In this document: piece after piece, positions 12,451 to 25,659 of the stretch | How positions within the stretch are numbered: the first letter of the stretch is position 1 | Layout of the letters: each line of letters opens with the position of its first letter | Origin: Octopus bimaculoides | Taxonomy: Eukaryota | Length of the DNA: 64,000 nt | Assembly (NCBI RefSeq): GCF_001194135.2 | Contig: NC_068998.1 | Coordinates: 15,133,919-15,197,918 of the forward strand | Reading direction: 5' to 3' | The notes under the pieces: model-generated | Databases searched by the model: none | Told to the model about the DNA's origin: nothing | What the model saw: the letters and a program-made list of their open reading frames with translations, nothing else | Program-made: the position numbers and the translations under genes

Positions 12451-14994
12451 CACCTAACTTCGTACTGAACGGAGTTTCTCTTAATGTGGCTAAATTATGA
12501 CAACACTTAGGATAATTATGTAAATCAAAATTGTAACAATAGTATCCCTGACAATTATTCCGTTAACTCTGGTAATTGAATATAAGAATCCACATTTCTT
12601 TTAAAGCAGATTTTGGACTACTTGTATATCAATTTTAATATACTTGTTACTTCCAGAATACTCATTAGAAATCTAGCTTGAAGATATACCACATTTCTGC
12701 CTAAGTATTTTTAACAGCTGAAGTACCACTACATCCATTAGAATTTGGAATGCAATATCATAGCTAAAATAAAACCATATTTGGTAAATGAAAAAATGGT
12801 GCAGTCTTACTACCAGGGTACTGTAGAAATGTCATTTACCAAAGAACAATTTAAAAAATCGAAATTCCTGTAAATACATGATGAAAAATTTTCTTAATTT
12901 ATAAACTGGTATTGCACCCGATTATTACTTAAATAATAATCAAAACCTTTTCCCTCTTTTTAACATAATCTATAATCAACGAGTCATTCTGAGCATACAC
13001 ACTCACACATACATACACATACTTACACACATACAAACACATACACACACACGTACTGATACACACATTCTCACATACACAGAGAAAATATAAGAAGTGT
13101 TGAAAGTGCGCCACAATTTTATACGTATATATGTATTTATTTAATTAAATAAATAAATCAAGTTTTATTTTTTGCCTGAGGAGGAAAATACTTTTATTAT
13201 GCATCTATATATGAAAGTAAAAGTGCCAAAAATGTTTTCACATAAACGTTTTCGTATAACAGTTTTGCTGTAAAAAAAAATATTAGTGTACATTTTCATA
13301 AGGTGAGATTTACACACAAAAGAAGGCAGAAAAAAAACCCACATTACTGAAAAGTTTATTTATCCCAAAAAGAAATTTTTCGAATAGAAATGTTTTCGCT
13401 GGAAGAAAGTTTTGCTGAATACATTTTAGTGCATATTGTAGCTGAAAGAGGTTGTGCAGTAGAAGAAAAATCACATTTTACTGGCCTGTTTTTGCTGCCG
13501 TTCACCTTATCGAAGTTTAAAGTATGTTTATTTATTCAATACGTTTTTAGATTACGTAGTGGTAAATCCATGCGGCAATAATTTCAATTTTACATAGTCA
13601 TGTCGTTTATATTATCTCTATGACAAGGAACGCAACACACACAGACACATATGTGTGTCCTCTCTCCTTCCTCCTTCAACTGTCCATTCGACGGCTGTCA
13701 TTGCTGGTCTCTCCAACAGTAAGCGTAAAACACGGCCAAGCAACCATCGAGATCAACTTTGTTTTTCTTCTCGATTCTAGTGCAGGTGAGCTACTGTATT
13801 CATATAAAGTGCCTCTCCTGCACAGGAATCGAATCCTCTCATTCTTTCACTCTTTCTGTCTGTTTCTGGAATAAATTGGCTTTGATCTGTCCTGGAGAGG
13901 CACGAGCTTCGCCAGATCTATAAGCAATACCCAAGATACGCTATATGTCATGACGGCACACATACAGCTCCAACAAGGAGTTGAGGGCTCAGATCAAGTC
14001 GAGAATAAAATATAAATAAATGCAAGATAAACAGTAATTATTGTACAGCTTATGAGGCCTATACATCAAATGGACTCTTCCAGCATCTCATGCTTGCATG
14101 TTGAAGGAATTCTAAATTTGGTTTTGGTTATATCTATTTACTTGATCTTTTGACAGAAATGTAGCATGTACGTAGAGCGATCGGATATTGCGTATCTTAG
14201 ATTAAATTTACCTCCATTCTCTTAAAAAAAGAGAGCAAAATTTTGGCTTAAAATACGTTTGGTTGCTACTTCTAGCACGTTGAACGACCTCATAAATGAG
14301 AATTTCCTTCTTTGTGTCAGCAGGATGCGACTGTTTGTTTATGAGTCATTAGAGACGTTCAATAGAAAGAGCATTAAAACAAATCTGAAAAGGAAGTAAT
14401 TAAGTGCGGTTTATTTCACGTGTACAAAATCACTCATTTGTATTATAACGAGGTAATCAAAGGAATATTCCGCTATACACATACGCACGCACACACACAC
14501 ACACATACACACACACACATCTCATACGCACGTACACACACACACACACACACATACACACAATGCATGCTCGATAGTTAATTTATCAATCTCGAAATTC
14601 TGTAAGATGAACTGAGGGATAAAAGCGAAACTAAAAACTGATTTCAACGTTTGTAATTTGGCAGTTTTAAAGTAAAATTCAAATTAATATTCTTTTATTC
14701 AATTATTTATTTCTGACATTTGACTGCAACCATACAGTGGTTTAGTAGATCATATTAACACTAGTACTAATCTTAAAGTCTGGAACTTATTTTAGCAATG
14801 CAGTGTTGTCTACCCAAGGCATTTTAAACCCAATATTTACACGCTATTATTTATAGTGTTATCTGCTTCGAGTTTCACTGTTCCAAAACAGAGTATTTTA
14901 ATTTCTTATGAGGTTTTAAGTTCTTATGACGTCAACAATATATATATGTACACACACACACACACACACGCACATCAATCTATCCTTCTCTCTG

Positions 14995-15060
<66 letters not shown>

Positions 15061-15639
15061 NNNNNNNNNNNNNNNNNNNNNNNNNNNNNNNNNNNNNNNN
15101 NNNNNNNNNNNNNNNNNNNNNNNNNNNNNNNNNNNNNNNNNNNNNNNNNNNNNNNNNNNNNNNNNNNNNNNNNNNNNNNNNNNNNNNNNNNNNNNNNNNN
15201 NNNNNNNNNNNNNNNNNNNNNNNNNNNNNNNNNNNNNNNNNNNNNNNNNNNNNNNNNNNNNNNNNNNNNNNNNNNNNNNNNNNNNNNNNNNNNNNNNNNT
15301 TTGCAGGAACAGCTTGATGTATTAGTAAACAATCTTCGAACTACCCCGTAAAAACTAAAAAATATTTCAGCTGGTTATATAATTACTTCTTTTTCTTTGA
15401 CCAAAAATTATTTTATCTGGTATATTTTCATACGGAACTTGGAATTCAGTCATTGAAATTCAACTGATGTCACGTTCTCAGTTTTAGCCTTTAAATCTAA
15501 GGTTCAGGACCAGTAGCGAGAGCTGGTCACTATTGACTATTTTGTATCTGATAAAATATTAGGGGGTCAACTAGAATAATATATTTGCATCTAGAGCCGT
15601 TACTTAGCAATAAACTTATACTCGTCGATGTTGTTGCTT

Positions 15640-15830
15640 AACCAAGAATCGGTCTTGAGTGAGCAGATCTATGACCATAGACATTTCATATGTAATCATC
15701 CTGTGTTTTCTTTTAGTCATAGTCTAACTAGGGCTACACTATCCAACGTGTCCTTCTTTTAAGAAGAAATATTGTGATATGAAAGTCAAACTGCTATATC
15801 TAGTAAGGAGAACTAGCAGCAAGAAGCTCG
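15640..15830 (+). repeat. Unclassified dispersed repeat
   Basis: ATCTATGA.CA...TATCCAACGTGTC...CTGCTATT/ATCTAG motif recurs at about 23250-23570 and 30530-30700. Confidence 0.6.
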
Positions 15831-16434
15831 TCTTTTTTCCTTATTGGCCATCTTTTACCTTTGCCTTATTCTTACGTTTGTCAACCTTCTTCAAAAATGA
15901 AAACAATTTCTAAGTTTTTTTTTTTTTGCATTATTTTATTTTCGACTTCAAATTTAACTATCATTAGTTACTGTCATATAATTATGTAAGTCTACTGTGG
16001 ATATTTTATTTCAGTTTTCTAATATCAAATTCTTCTTCGAACATTTCCTGTTCGCTGTAAATAAGAGTTTGTCAATGTCCGCTCATATGTACAGAATTTT
16101 AAATACAGTTATTAAATTTCTTGCTTTCTCTCTAGTCTCACTAATTTTCTGTCCAAAACCACAAAACTACAACACCACAGGAAAGGAATTAATGTCAATT
16201 ACTTAGTTTTTAACTCTTTCACTGTCCTGAATTCTTTACTTTATTGCGTCAGCAAAATTTGTCTTGATGTTCTTTTGGTATTGGTTTTAGCAATTCTTTT
16301 ATTGCTTTGTTCTATTGACAAAAGCCTTTGTTTCATTTCCATGTACCAAAGTAACATTCACTAAACCTTTTATCCTTGGGAAACCTTTGAAATACCTTCC
16401 ATATCTCGGAAAGCACTTACATAAGAATTAATTA

Positions 16435-16475
<41 letters not shown>

Positions 16476-16534
16476 NNNNNNNNNNNNNNNNNNNNNNNNN
16501 NNNNNNNNNNNNNNNNNNNNNNNNNNNNNNNNNN

Positions 16535-16770
16535 NGATTCCCAGACGGGGCGTTGCGTTGTGTTCTTGAGCAAAGCACGTTGCTCCGCGATCATTTCGTC
16601 ATCTGACATGTGGCACATGGTGCACCTGTACAGGTAATATCGATTTGATGTAGGGAGTGAGCTTATACGTACGCAAGCATTTGATCAATATAAACAAATC
16701 ATCCGTGAGGGTGTTCGGCAATTTCTTGTCGAACCCTCATACGTCGTCTAATGACGGGAGAATCCATGTG

Positions 16771-16841
<71 letters not shown>

Positions 16842-16843
16842 CA

Positions 16844-16876
<33 letters not shown>

Positions 16877-16992
16877 GTGAGGGTACATGACCTAGTGGTT
16901 AAGGGGCTACATTCACGACCACAAGATCGTTGCTTTCAATTACTCAACTGGGTGGCTCCTTGTGTACTTGAGCAAAACGCTTCATTTCACGT
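16535..16992 (+). mobile_element. Two CORE-type SINE pieces separated by (TA)n/(TACA)n
   Basis: GTGTTCTTGAGCAAAGCAC and GTGTACTTGAGCAAAACGCTTCATTTCACGTTG cores; head GGGTACATGACCTAGTGGTTAAGGGG at about 16880. Confidence 0.7.
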
Positions 16993-16999
16993 TGATAGA

Positions 17000-17390
17000 A
17001 CTACTTGGTTGAGGGTGCCGAAACAAAGAGCATTAAACTGATGGTACAGAACAAAAGGTCTAGTTGTTACACATGTGGGAGTGAAAACCCCTTGAAGACA
17101 TTGTGCCCTAAAGAACTGGAAGTTCTATATTGTACGTTTTACACAGATGTCTGTGCATAACTCACACAATTTTGTCGTGTCTCCAGTATTTGTGTTGTTT
17201 CTACACCGGTTTTTTTTATTCTTATACTTAGAGGGCTATTGTCTCATCTCCTTACCGATAATCGGCATAGGGGCGATACATCTTCCTTACCTGTATGCCT
17301 TTCTGATTGCTCATGTTCTTATAGCCTGTTCTTGGGCTGTCATTGCAGTGCCTCCTGTGGCTTTCTTTAAATTCCCCTTCCTTTACTAGC
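17000..17390 (-). mobile_element. Highly decayed R4/Dong-like LINE fragment
   Basis: Minus strand reads NLKKATGGTAMTAQEQAIRT, HKYWRHDKIV*VMHRHLCKTYNIE and TTRPFVL. Confidence 0.7.
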
Positions 17391-17396
17391 CCCAAA

Positions 17397-17459
17397 TATT
17401 AAATATGCTCGATATAGTTTAAACAACCACCAGTCAGAATGTTAATAACATTATGTGTG

Positions 17460-17499
<40 letters not shown>

Positions 17500-18932
17500 T
17501 GTNNNNNNNNNNNNNNNNNNNNNNNNNNNNNNNNNNNNNNNNNNNNNNNNNNNNNNNNNNNNNNNNNNNNNNNNNNNNNNNNNNNNNNNNNNNNNNNNNN
17601 NNNNNNNNNNNNNNNNNNNNNNNNNNNNNNNNNNNNNNNNNNNNNNNNNNNNNNNNNNNNNNNNNNNNNNNNNNNNNNNNNNNNNNNNNNNNNNNNNNNN
17701 NNNNNNNNNNNNNNNNNNNNNNNNNNNNNNNNNNNNNNNNNNNNNNNNNNNNNNNNNNNNNNNNNNNNNNNNNNNNNNNNNNNNNNNNNNNNNNNNNNNN
17801 NNNNNNNNNNNNNNNNNNNNNNNNNNNNNNNNNNNNNNNNNNNNNNNNNNNNNNNNNNNNNNNNNNNNNNNNNNNNNNNNNNNNNNNNNNNNNNNNNNNN
17901 NNNNNNNNNNNNNNNNNNNNNNNNNNNNNNNNNNNNNNNNNNNNNNNNNNNNNNNNNNNNNNNNNNNNNNNNNNNNNNNNNNNNNNNNNNNNNNNNNNNN
18001 NNNNNNNNNNNNNNNNNNNNNNNNNNNNNNNNNNNNNNNNNNNNNNNNNNNNNNNNNNNNNNNNNNNNNNNNNNNNNNNNNNNNNNNNNNNNNNNNNNNN
18101 NNNNNNNNNNNNNNNNNNNNNNNNNNNNNNNNNNNNNNNNNNNNNNNNNNNNNNNNNNNNNNNNNNNNNNNNNNNNNNNNNNNNNNNNNNNNNNNNNNNN
18201 NNNNNNNNNNNNNNNNNNNNNNNNNNNNNNNNNNNNNNNNNNNNNNNNNNNNNNNNNNNNNNNNNNNNNNNNNNNNNNNNNNNNNNNNNNNNNNNNNNNN
18301 NNNNNNNNNNNNNNNNNNNNNNNNNNNNNNNNNNNNNNNNNNNNNNNNNNNNNNNNNNNNNNNNNNNNNNNNNNNNNNNNNNNAAACAAGTTTTTAATCT
18401 TCCTCGGAAAATGTTCATCTTTGACAATATAATAACTGTCAAGAAACTTCAGTCGTTTTTCCCATTTTCAGTAAAAGAATGAATTCCATTTTTCTTTTTT
18501 TTTTATGTATATTGAAATAAAAGACCACAAACTGAAAAAATACAAAATTAAATTACAGACACTGTCCGATAATTTCATAGCTAGGTTTGATGATTTGCAG
18601 GTGCCGGAGTCTTGATAATGGTATTTCTCTAATTCACGAATTTCTGTTTACACAACTAGTGAAAATGACACTAATGAAATTACAGGTAAACCAGGATAGT
18701 TATTACAGCTTTGCTTTATGCTTTGGCCAGATCTTTACTGAGACAAAATAAATATCATTAGACATATATAAGGTTTTTACTCTCCTTGAATTTTATTTCT
18801 CACACTTTAATTTTGCGTTACTGAATTGTAACCACGCAATTTTTTCTTAGATGTTCCTGCGATTCCTTACCGTATTAAATATCCTCGATATAGTTTAAAC
18901 AACCACCAGTCAGAATTTTAATAACATTATGT
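17397..18932 (+). repeat. 60-bp direct repeat pair (17397-17456 and 18873-18932, 2 mismatches)
   Basis: TATTAAATAT(G/C)CTCGATATAGTTTAAACAACCACCAGTCAGAAT(G/T)TTAATAACATTATGT read at both positions. Confidence 0.95.
18601..18685 (+). CDS. Candidate 85-nt internal coding exon (CRSLDNGISLIHEFLFTQLVKMTLMKLQ)
   Basis: Acceptor TTTGCAG|G and donor CAG|GTAAAC; one open frame; peptide similarity to the ORF at 1000-1396. Confidence 0.35.
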
Positions 18933-18939
18933 ATGTGTG

Positions 18940-19352
18940 TGTTTGTGGTAAGAAGCTTGTTTCCCAACCACATAGATCCGGGCTCAGTCCCACTGCGTGG
19001 CATTTTGGGCAAGTGTCTTCTACCGTAGGCTCGAGCCGACCAAAGCCTTATGAGTAGAATTGGTAGACGAAAACTGAAAGAAGCCCGTCGGATATATATG
19101 TATGTGTGTATGTATGTATGTATGTATCTGTGTCTTTGCATTTGTGTTTGTCCCTCCCTTCCCACCATCACTTGACAACCGATGTTGATGTGTTTACGTC
19201 CTCGTAACTTAGCGGTTCGGCAAAAAAGATTGATAGAATAAGTACTAGACTTACAAAGGATAAATCCTGGGGTTGATTTGTTCGATTAAAACCTTTAAGG
19301 CAGTGCTCCAGCATGGCTGCAGTCAAATGACTGAAAAAGTAAAAGAATAAAA
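18940..19352 (+). mobile_element. OR2-like CORE SINE, near full length
   Basis: GTGGTAAGAAGCTTG head, ACTGCGTGGCATTTTGGGCAAGTGTCTTC core, internal (TATG)n and GTCAAATGACTGAAAAAGTAAAAGAATAAAA tail. Confidence 0.9.
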
Positions 19353-19363
19353 AAATATATAGT

Positions 19364-19499
19364 AACTAGCGGGACCTGTGAATATTTCACAGAATTAATG
19401 GTAAACTTATTGGGTTATTCCTGAAAATTTTATCCCAAAAACCTGAAAGCAGAAGGACAAACAGACACACAAACAAATATATATATATATATATATATA
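19364..19499 (+). mobile_element. Probable Helentron/HINE (Helitron-related) non-autonomous fragment
   Basis: Starts ACTAGCGGGACC; ends AAAATTTTATCC...GGACAAACAGACACACAAAC then (TA)n, resembling HINE/DINE-1 termini. Confidence 0.45.
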
Positions 19500-20256
19500 N
19501 NNNNNNNNNNNNNNNNNNNNNNNNNNNNNNNNNNNNNNNNNNNNNNNNNNNNNNNNNNNNNNNNNNNNNNNNNNNNNNNNNNNNNNNNNNNNNNNNNNNN
19601 NNNNNNNNNNNNNNNNNNNNNNNNNNNNNNNNNNNNNNNNNNNNNNNNNNNNNNNNNNNNNNNNNNNNNNNNNNNNNNNNNNNNNNNNNNNNNNNNNNNN
19701 NNNNNNNNNNNNNNNNNNNNNNNNNNNNNNNNNNNNNNNNNNNNNNNNNNNNNNNNNNNNNNNNNNNNNNNNNNNNNNNNNNNNNNNNNNNNNNNNNNNN
19801 NNNNNNNNNNNNNNNNNNNNNNNNNNNNNNNNNNNNNNNNNNNNNNNNNNNNNNNNNNNNNNNNNNNNNNNNNNNNNNNNNNNNNNNNNNNNNNNNNNNN
19901 NNNNNNNNNNNNNNNNNNNNNNNNNNNNNNNNNNNNNNNNNNNNNNNNNNNNNNNNNNNNNNNNNNNNNNNNNNNNNNNNNNNNNNNNNNNNNNNNNNNN
20001 NNNNNNNNNNNNNNNNNNNNNNNNNNNNNNNNNNNNNNNNNNNNNNNNNNNNNNNNNNNNNNNNNNNNNNNNNNNNNNNNNNNNNNNNNNNNNNNNNNNN
20101 NNNNNNNNNNNNNNNNNNNNNNNNNNNNNNNNNNNNNNNNNNNNNNNNNNNNNNNNNNNNNNNNNNNNNNNNNNNNNNNNNNNNNNNNNNNNNNNNNNNN
20201 NNNNNNNNNNNNNNNNNNNNNNNNNNNNNNNNNNNNNNNNNNNNNNNNNNNNNNNN

Positions 20257-20329
<73 letters not shown>

Positions 20330-21584
20330 CACGGATATTTTATGCCTGAATGTCTGTTATGATTTCCTCTCCCACATCTGGTGAACTCCCAATGTTATGT
20401 TTGGCAAGTTGTGCAGAAACACTTGAGAGTTATTACGAAGTACTATATGCCATTTATCCCATGACAGACATCAAGATTTAAGCAAATGACAAAATAATTA
20501 AACCACTTTCTACCGGTTTACCAAAATGACAGCACTTGAATATTTAATTCGCAAAAATTTCAGAGTAGCCGCTTAAAAATATACCCATAATCGTTATTTT
20601 TTCTTTACACCACTGATGTACAATTATAAATGCTACATTTGTAATCTTGTTGATCGTTCGTTCATTTCTTCCCTTTTCCTATTGTTTTTAAAATTGTATT
20701 AAAGAATTAAATTAACTGAATTGAATAAACACATAAAAATAATGACAATATCGAAGCCGAGTCTAAAAATAAAAATAACATAGAATTATATGGAATAGTT
20801 TTCCATTTTCATTGAGTTGTCTTTAGGCGAAGATATGAGTATTTGTTTTCAATAAAAATTAGTTCCAACAGTATATTTCTCATGTGGAAAATAGTTGACG
20901 CGCGAGATAGAAAATACAGGTTGAGAATAACATGTCATTGGAGAATAAGAAATATAATGTGATCAATTCAACACTGTAAATTTTGTTGCTTTTTTGGGGT
21001 TTTTTTTTCTTTTTTTATAAAACAAAGACAGAATTTTCAAGCATGAAGTCAATATCGCGCAATTAAATATTTATCTATTCTATTCATTGAAAATGTCTTC
21101 CTTTGTTTAAATTTTATTAAGCTTTCTTTTATTCCATTTTTTAGGATATTTTAATTTTTATTTCTTATATCGGGCTAATGTCTTATAATTACATTCCATT
21201 TATAATATTTTTTTTTAATATATTTGAAGAAATAAGAAAATTATTGTAATGGATGCGTATTTACTAACAATATTCTTTTTTTTAATAGCAACAACAACGT
21301 ATCTTGATAGAATATTCATGAACGAAAGCGGATAATGATAGAGGGGAATCGAAGACGGCCGAGCAATTGTACTAATCAATAGGTTATAGGTTCGTACTCC
21401 CACGGCGTGGCTGTGTGGTAAATAAATACCAGATGATCACTTGCTGGTCTTGTGCCAAAATTTGAAACCAATATTAAAATATCCGTCAAATGTAAATAAT
21501 GTAAATAATGTACAATACTGAAAGGTATATAAAATAGTGATGAGGCAAAGTCATTAAAACGTTAGACAAAATGCTTTGTGATAT

Positions 21585-22110
21585 TTAACTAGGGAACTTT
21601 GTTCTAAGTTCAAATCCCGCAGAGGTCAACTTTTGTCTTTTGGGGTGGTTCCATCGATGAAATAAAGAGCCAAAAATGTAATGGATTGATTTAGTCGACC
21701 ACAGTTTCTGCAAAGCAATTTGAGGCCTTGTGCTAATCTCAAAAATCAATATTAAAAGATTAATCAACCGTTATTATAACCACGAAAACTATATGATTTC
21801 TCTCCTACCGTAAAATGGAGCTTTTGTTTTGCAACTGGAATTCTTTGAAAGCATTGAATAAAATTCATAACGTATATACGATAAAATAATAAGCGATGAC
21901 CATTATAAGAGTCGTAATTATGGTTTCAAATTTTAGTACATGTTAGGGGAAGTTAATTGTCAATTACATTTACCCAGTGCTCAGCTGGTACTTATTTTAT
22001 CCACCGTGGTGGGCTTTTATCTCAGAACCAAGAATGTAATGAGTCAGACATAATACTGTTAGGGATTAAGTTCGTCACTCTGACGATTCTGTCAGTTTTC
22101 CACCTTTAAG
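21585..22110. mobile_element. Two degraded Meta-domain SINEs (21585-21750 on +, 21940-22110 on -)
   Basis: AAGTTCAAATCCCGCAGAGGTCAACTTT and the reverse-strand CTGGTACTTATTTTATC core. Confidence 0.65.
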
Positions 22111-22243
22111 GATCGTAATTATAAAACTTTATTATTCACTTCAATTTATCATCAAACTCCCGATCTTTTTTTTTTTTTTTTTTTTTTACTATTCTCATTT
22201 CGGGAAGCAAATTCTCGAGCAATCTATGATTTATTTTATTTAC

Positions 22244-22352
22244 CTGTTCTTGTTCTTTTGTGATACAACAGTACAGCTGACAACATTTAATCTTTTATGT
22301 CATTCTTGAACGGTGACATATATTTGTCTTGTCAGATGAAATGTAAGTGCAA
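22244..22352 (-). other. Candidate 109-nt exon (5'UTR or first coding, ATG...MLSAVLLYHKRTRT)
   Basis: Minus-strand acceptor TTCCTGTAATTTCTGCTTTAG| and donor CAG|GTAAAT in unique sequence. Confidence 0.25.
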
Positions 22353-24372
22353 CTAAAGCAGAAATTACAGGAATTACTTATATAAAGTTACCAAATATTA
22401 CAAAACTCTAATGTTAGTTACTTGCTAACAGTTGTTTTCTTCATTTTCTGCTTTCTTTCACATTGTCAATGACGTCAACCAAACAACAAACAGAAGTATT
22501 TCTCATAGAAACTTCATATACGGTTAAGCTGGGTTACCAAAGAATTAATGACAATGTCTTCGGCGTATATTAACTTAAAATTGATTTCTGATTACTTAAT
22601 ATTCACTTAATCCATTCTTTAACTTGTATAAAAATGTTGCGTTCCTATACAGCTACCCCTCATCCTCTCTGAAGTAATACTGGTAGAGGAGTCAAACATC
22701 AATCCTTCTATCGCTAGCTCGATAGATGGCCAGTATAAGTTAGAGATGTGTGTTACTTGGAAGATTCAACTACAGAACGGAATGAAAATGGAGCTAATCA
22801 CCACCATCGGCGCCACCGTCATCATCTCCACAATCACAACCATCGCAATCAACACTATATCACAACCTTCATCATTCCTTAATGATCGCCTTTAGAAGCA
22901 ATGTCTCCACTTTTAAATATAACGTTTAACTGCCTGAATCGAATCTGAATAAAGTGTTTTTGTTGAATCGATCATTGCATGTACCATCTCAAAATGCACA
23001 CGTCTGTAATGGCTGTCGACAGAAACTTTCCTTTTCCAATTCCCATTTTAATTTTTCTTGAGAACTTATCGCTACGCAGTAATATAGATTCAGAGACAAA
23101 ATTGTACGTCAACACTCGATGAGTAATATTTCCGACAGACATCTATCCATCTGCTGACAACATTTTAGCTTCTTGCAATAGCTTTAATAGACTATCTGCT
23201 ATCTACAAGAATAAGACCTAGCTGTGCAAATTTATGATCGAAGATATTACAGCCAACACCATCCTGTTTTACCCCAGTCTAGATTATCCAATGAGTTACC
23301 GTTTTTTAACACGGTGTGAAGTAATATGGGGGAGTTTGGGCTGCTATTTCTAGCAGGTTGTTGATAATATTGCCGATATCGTTACAGTTCTTGTCACTGA
23401 ATTGTGTTTTTGATGAAGCTATTGTAATATTTAACTCCAAATCAGCTCTAATCCGGCAGATCTATGATCATTATCCAACGTGTCTTTCTTTTTAACATGA
23501 TAGAAAGTGAAATGAGGATGATTTAGGTGCTATTACTTGCAAGTCGAGCGGTTGCGTATAGGCTCTATCTGTATCTTTTTTACAGGAGATATCACAGTAC
23601 AATGAGAGGTTTTGCTGAAGTTTGTTTTATGGAAACAAGAGAATAAAAAAAAACAATAATCTCAAACGTTCGAAAACAAAGACATACGGGAATTACTTTA
23701 CAAAGATTTAAAATATTGGCTTGTTTTTGATAAATTAAGTTTAATTATTTTAAAACACTTCATTAAAAATTTTAGGTGTGAATGATTCCGGAAACACTCG
23801 AAAGCAAAATGACTTATACGGCAAATTATCTAAATGCGTTAGAAATAATGATTTAGTAATTAACTGCTAATAACAAACATGTACAGTCCTTCGGTAAATG
23901 ACACGATAATTACATACATCATGCGCATAATTCATTAGCGTACTTCATTCATCTACTTGATTAGCCTAAAACCCTTGTCTAACAAACTCACACGGAATTT
24001 GAAACATGTAACGATGAAATACTATTACTATATTTTTTTTATCTTTTACTTGTTTCAGTCATTATATTGTGGCCATGCTGGAGCTTATTGATTAGTTTTA
24101 TTTTATTATTTCTGCTACATATATTGTTTGGCTTTTAATGTTTAATTGAATTACTAGTGGAGCAATTTAGCTAAAACATTTAAGCCTATTCAAGACCGTT
24201 GCAAAACTTAAAACGTGTCGCTATCTCACGGTGCTGTTGATTGCAGCTCTTCTTTGGTCGATAAGTGATTTTTAAACTTGATAAATGCACATCTCCACCT
24301 CTGTTGAACTTGTTGCTTTTTGCACCCTCTTCTGAATATCCAATTGCCTTTTAAGCGTCTCCTCTTTCTCTC

Positions 24373-24374
<2 letters not shown>

Positions 24375-24450
<76 letters not shown>

Positions 24451-24522
24451 ACACAAACACACGCACACACACACACACACACGCACGCACNNNNNNNNNN
24501 ACACACACACACACACACAAAA

Positions 24523-24556
<34 letters not shown>

Positions 24557-24680
24557 ACACAAACACACGCACACACACACACACACACGCACGCACTCGC
24601 ACACACACGCATAATATATATATGTATATATATATACATATATATATATATACGCATATACGCATATACATTATACATAC
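24375..24680 (+). repeat. Compound (CA)n/(TA)n microsatellite, with an apparent duplication across a 10-N gap
   Basis: The CACAAAATCACAC...CTCACACACACAAACACACGC pattern occurs on both sides of the gap. Confidence 0.9.
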
Positions 24681-25659
24681 ATACTCACACTTAATTTCAT
24701 TCTCTCATTCTCTATCTCTCCAATTCTAAATTGTGCTTGTTTTTATTTTTTTTTGTTTTGTTTTGTTTTGCTTTGCTTTACTTTATTTTTTTTTTTTTAA
24801 TAAAAACATATACGAGAACTTCCTAAGACATTCTCAGAAAGTTGCATTCTACTTAACAACTCTTCACAATACAAAATAATAATATTAAAAAAAAAAAAAG
24901 GTAACTCGTGAAACAAAATATTGAGATCACCCCATCACCTCATCACCTCACCACCTCACTATCCAGCTTTCTTTATCACAACCAGCAACACCCAACCGCC
25001 GTACAGCCCTTAGAAAAACTTGTCAGTTAGTTACGGAAGCAACTACTTAACCTATTGTAACAAATTTCAAAAAAGTAAAGACGTGTTCTACGTAATTCTA
25101 TTTTTATTTATTTTTAATACTTTTACTTTCTTATTTTCATTGGATTGTTCTTGAGAATAATTCATGAGGATAATTTATCACTAAGAGCGACGAGTAAGTA
25201 TTCATTTTATGGGGCGAAAGAATAGTTAAACTATTAAATGGCTGACTAAGTGTTTATTTGAGTGAAAATACTTTAAAAAAAAATTCGAATTACTAATGTT
25301 GTATGAGTGCACCGCTTGTGAGTTACTGTGCATCATGTGTATATGGTTGTGTTTCTGCGTTCGACTGTATGATTCTGTACGTGCGATTTATGTATGTGTT
25401 TTTCTGCGTGTGCGTGTGTGTGTATGTATGTGTCTGTGTTTGCATCTGTTTGTGTGTGCGTGCATGTTTGAATGTATGTGTTGGGGGTGCAATCTTTATG
25501 CATATGTATGCAAGTACACACATGTATGTGCTCATGCCTTTGCAACTGCTTTGAAAAGTAGTTCCTTGAAGGAAGCGTGAGGGTGGAGAAAAGGAAAGTG
25601 GGGGAGCATTGAACAGAAATACGAGCCGGGATTAGTCGATCGATAATAGTCAGTATATA

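Noticed and set aside
17041-17160. + strand CYTCGSENPLKTLCP resembling a gag CCHC zinc knuckle
   Set aside because: The His is missing, and the same bases are better explained as the antisense of an R4/Dong LINE fragment (RHD and RP motifs on the minus strand).
14927-22477. Two perfect CRE palindromes (TGACGTCA at 14927 and 22470)
   Set aside because: About this many are expected by chance in 64 kb, and no promoter is established.
22789-22895. 35-aa ORF MELITTIGATVIISTITT...
   Set aside because: Built from ATC/ACC low-complexity repeats.
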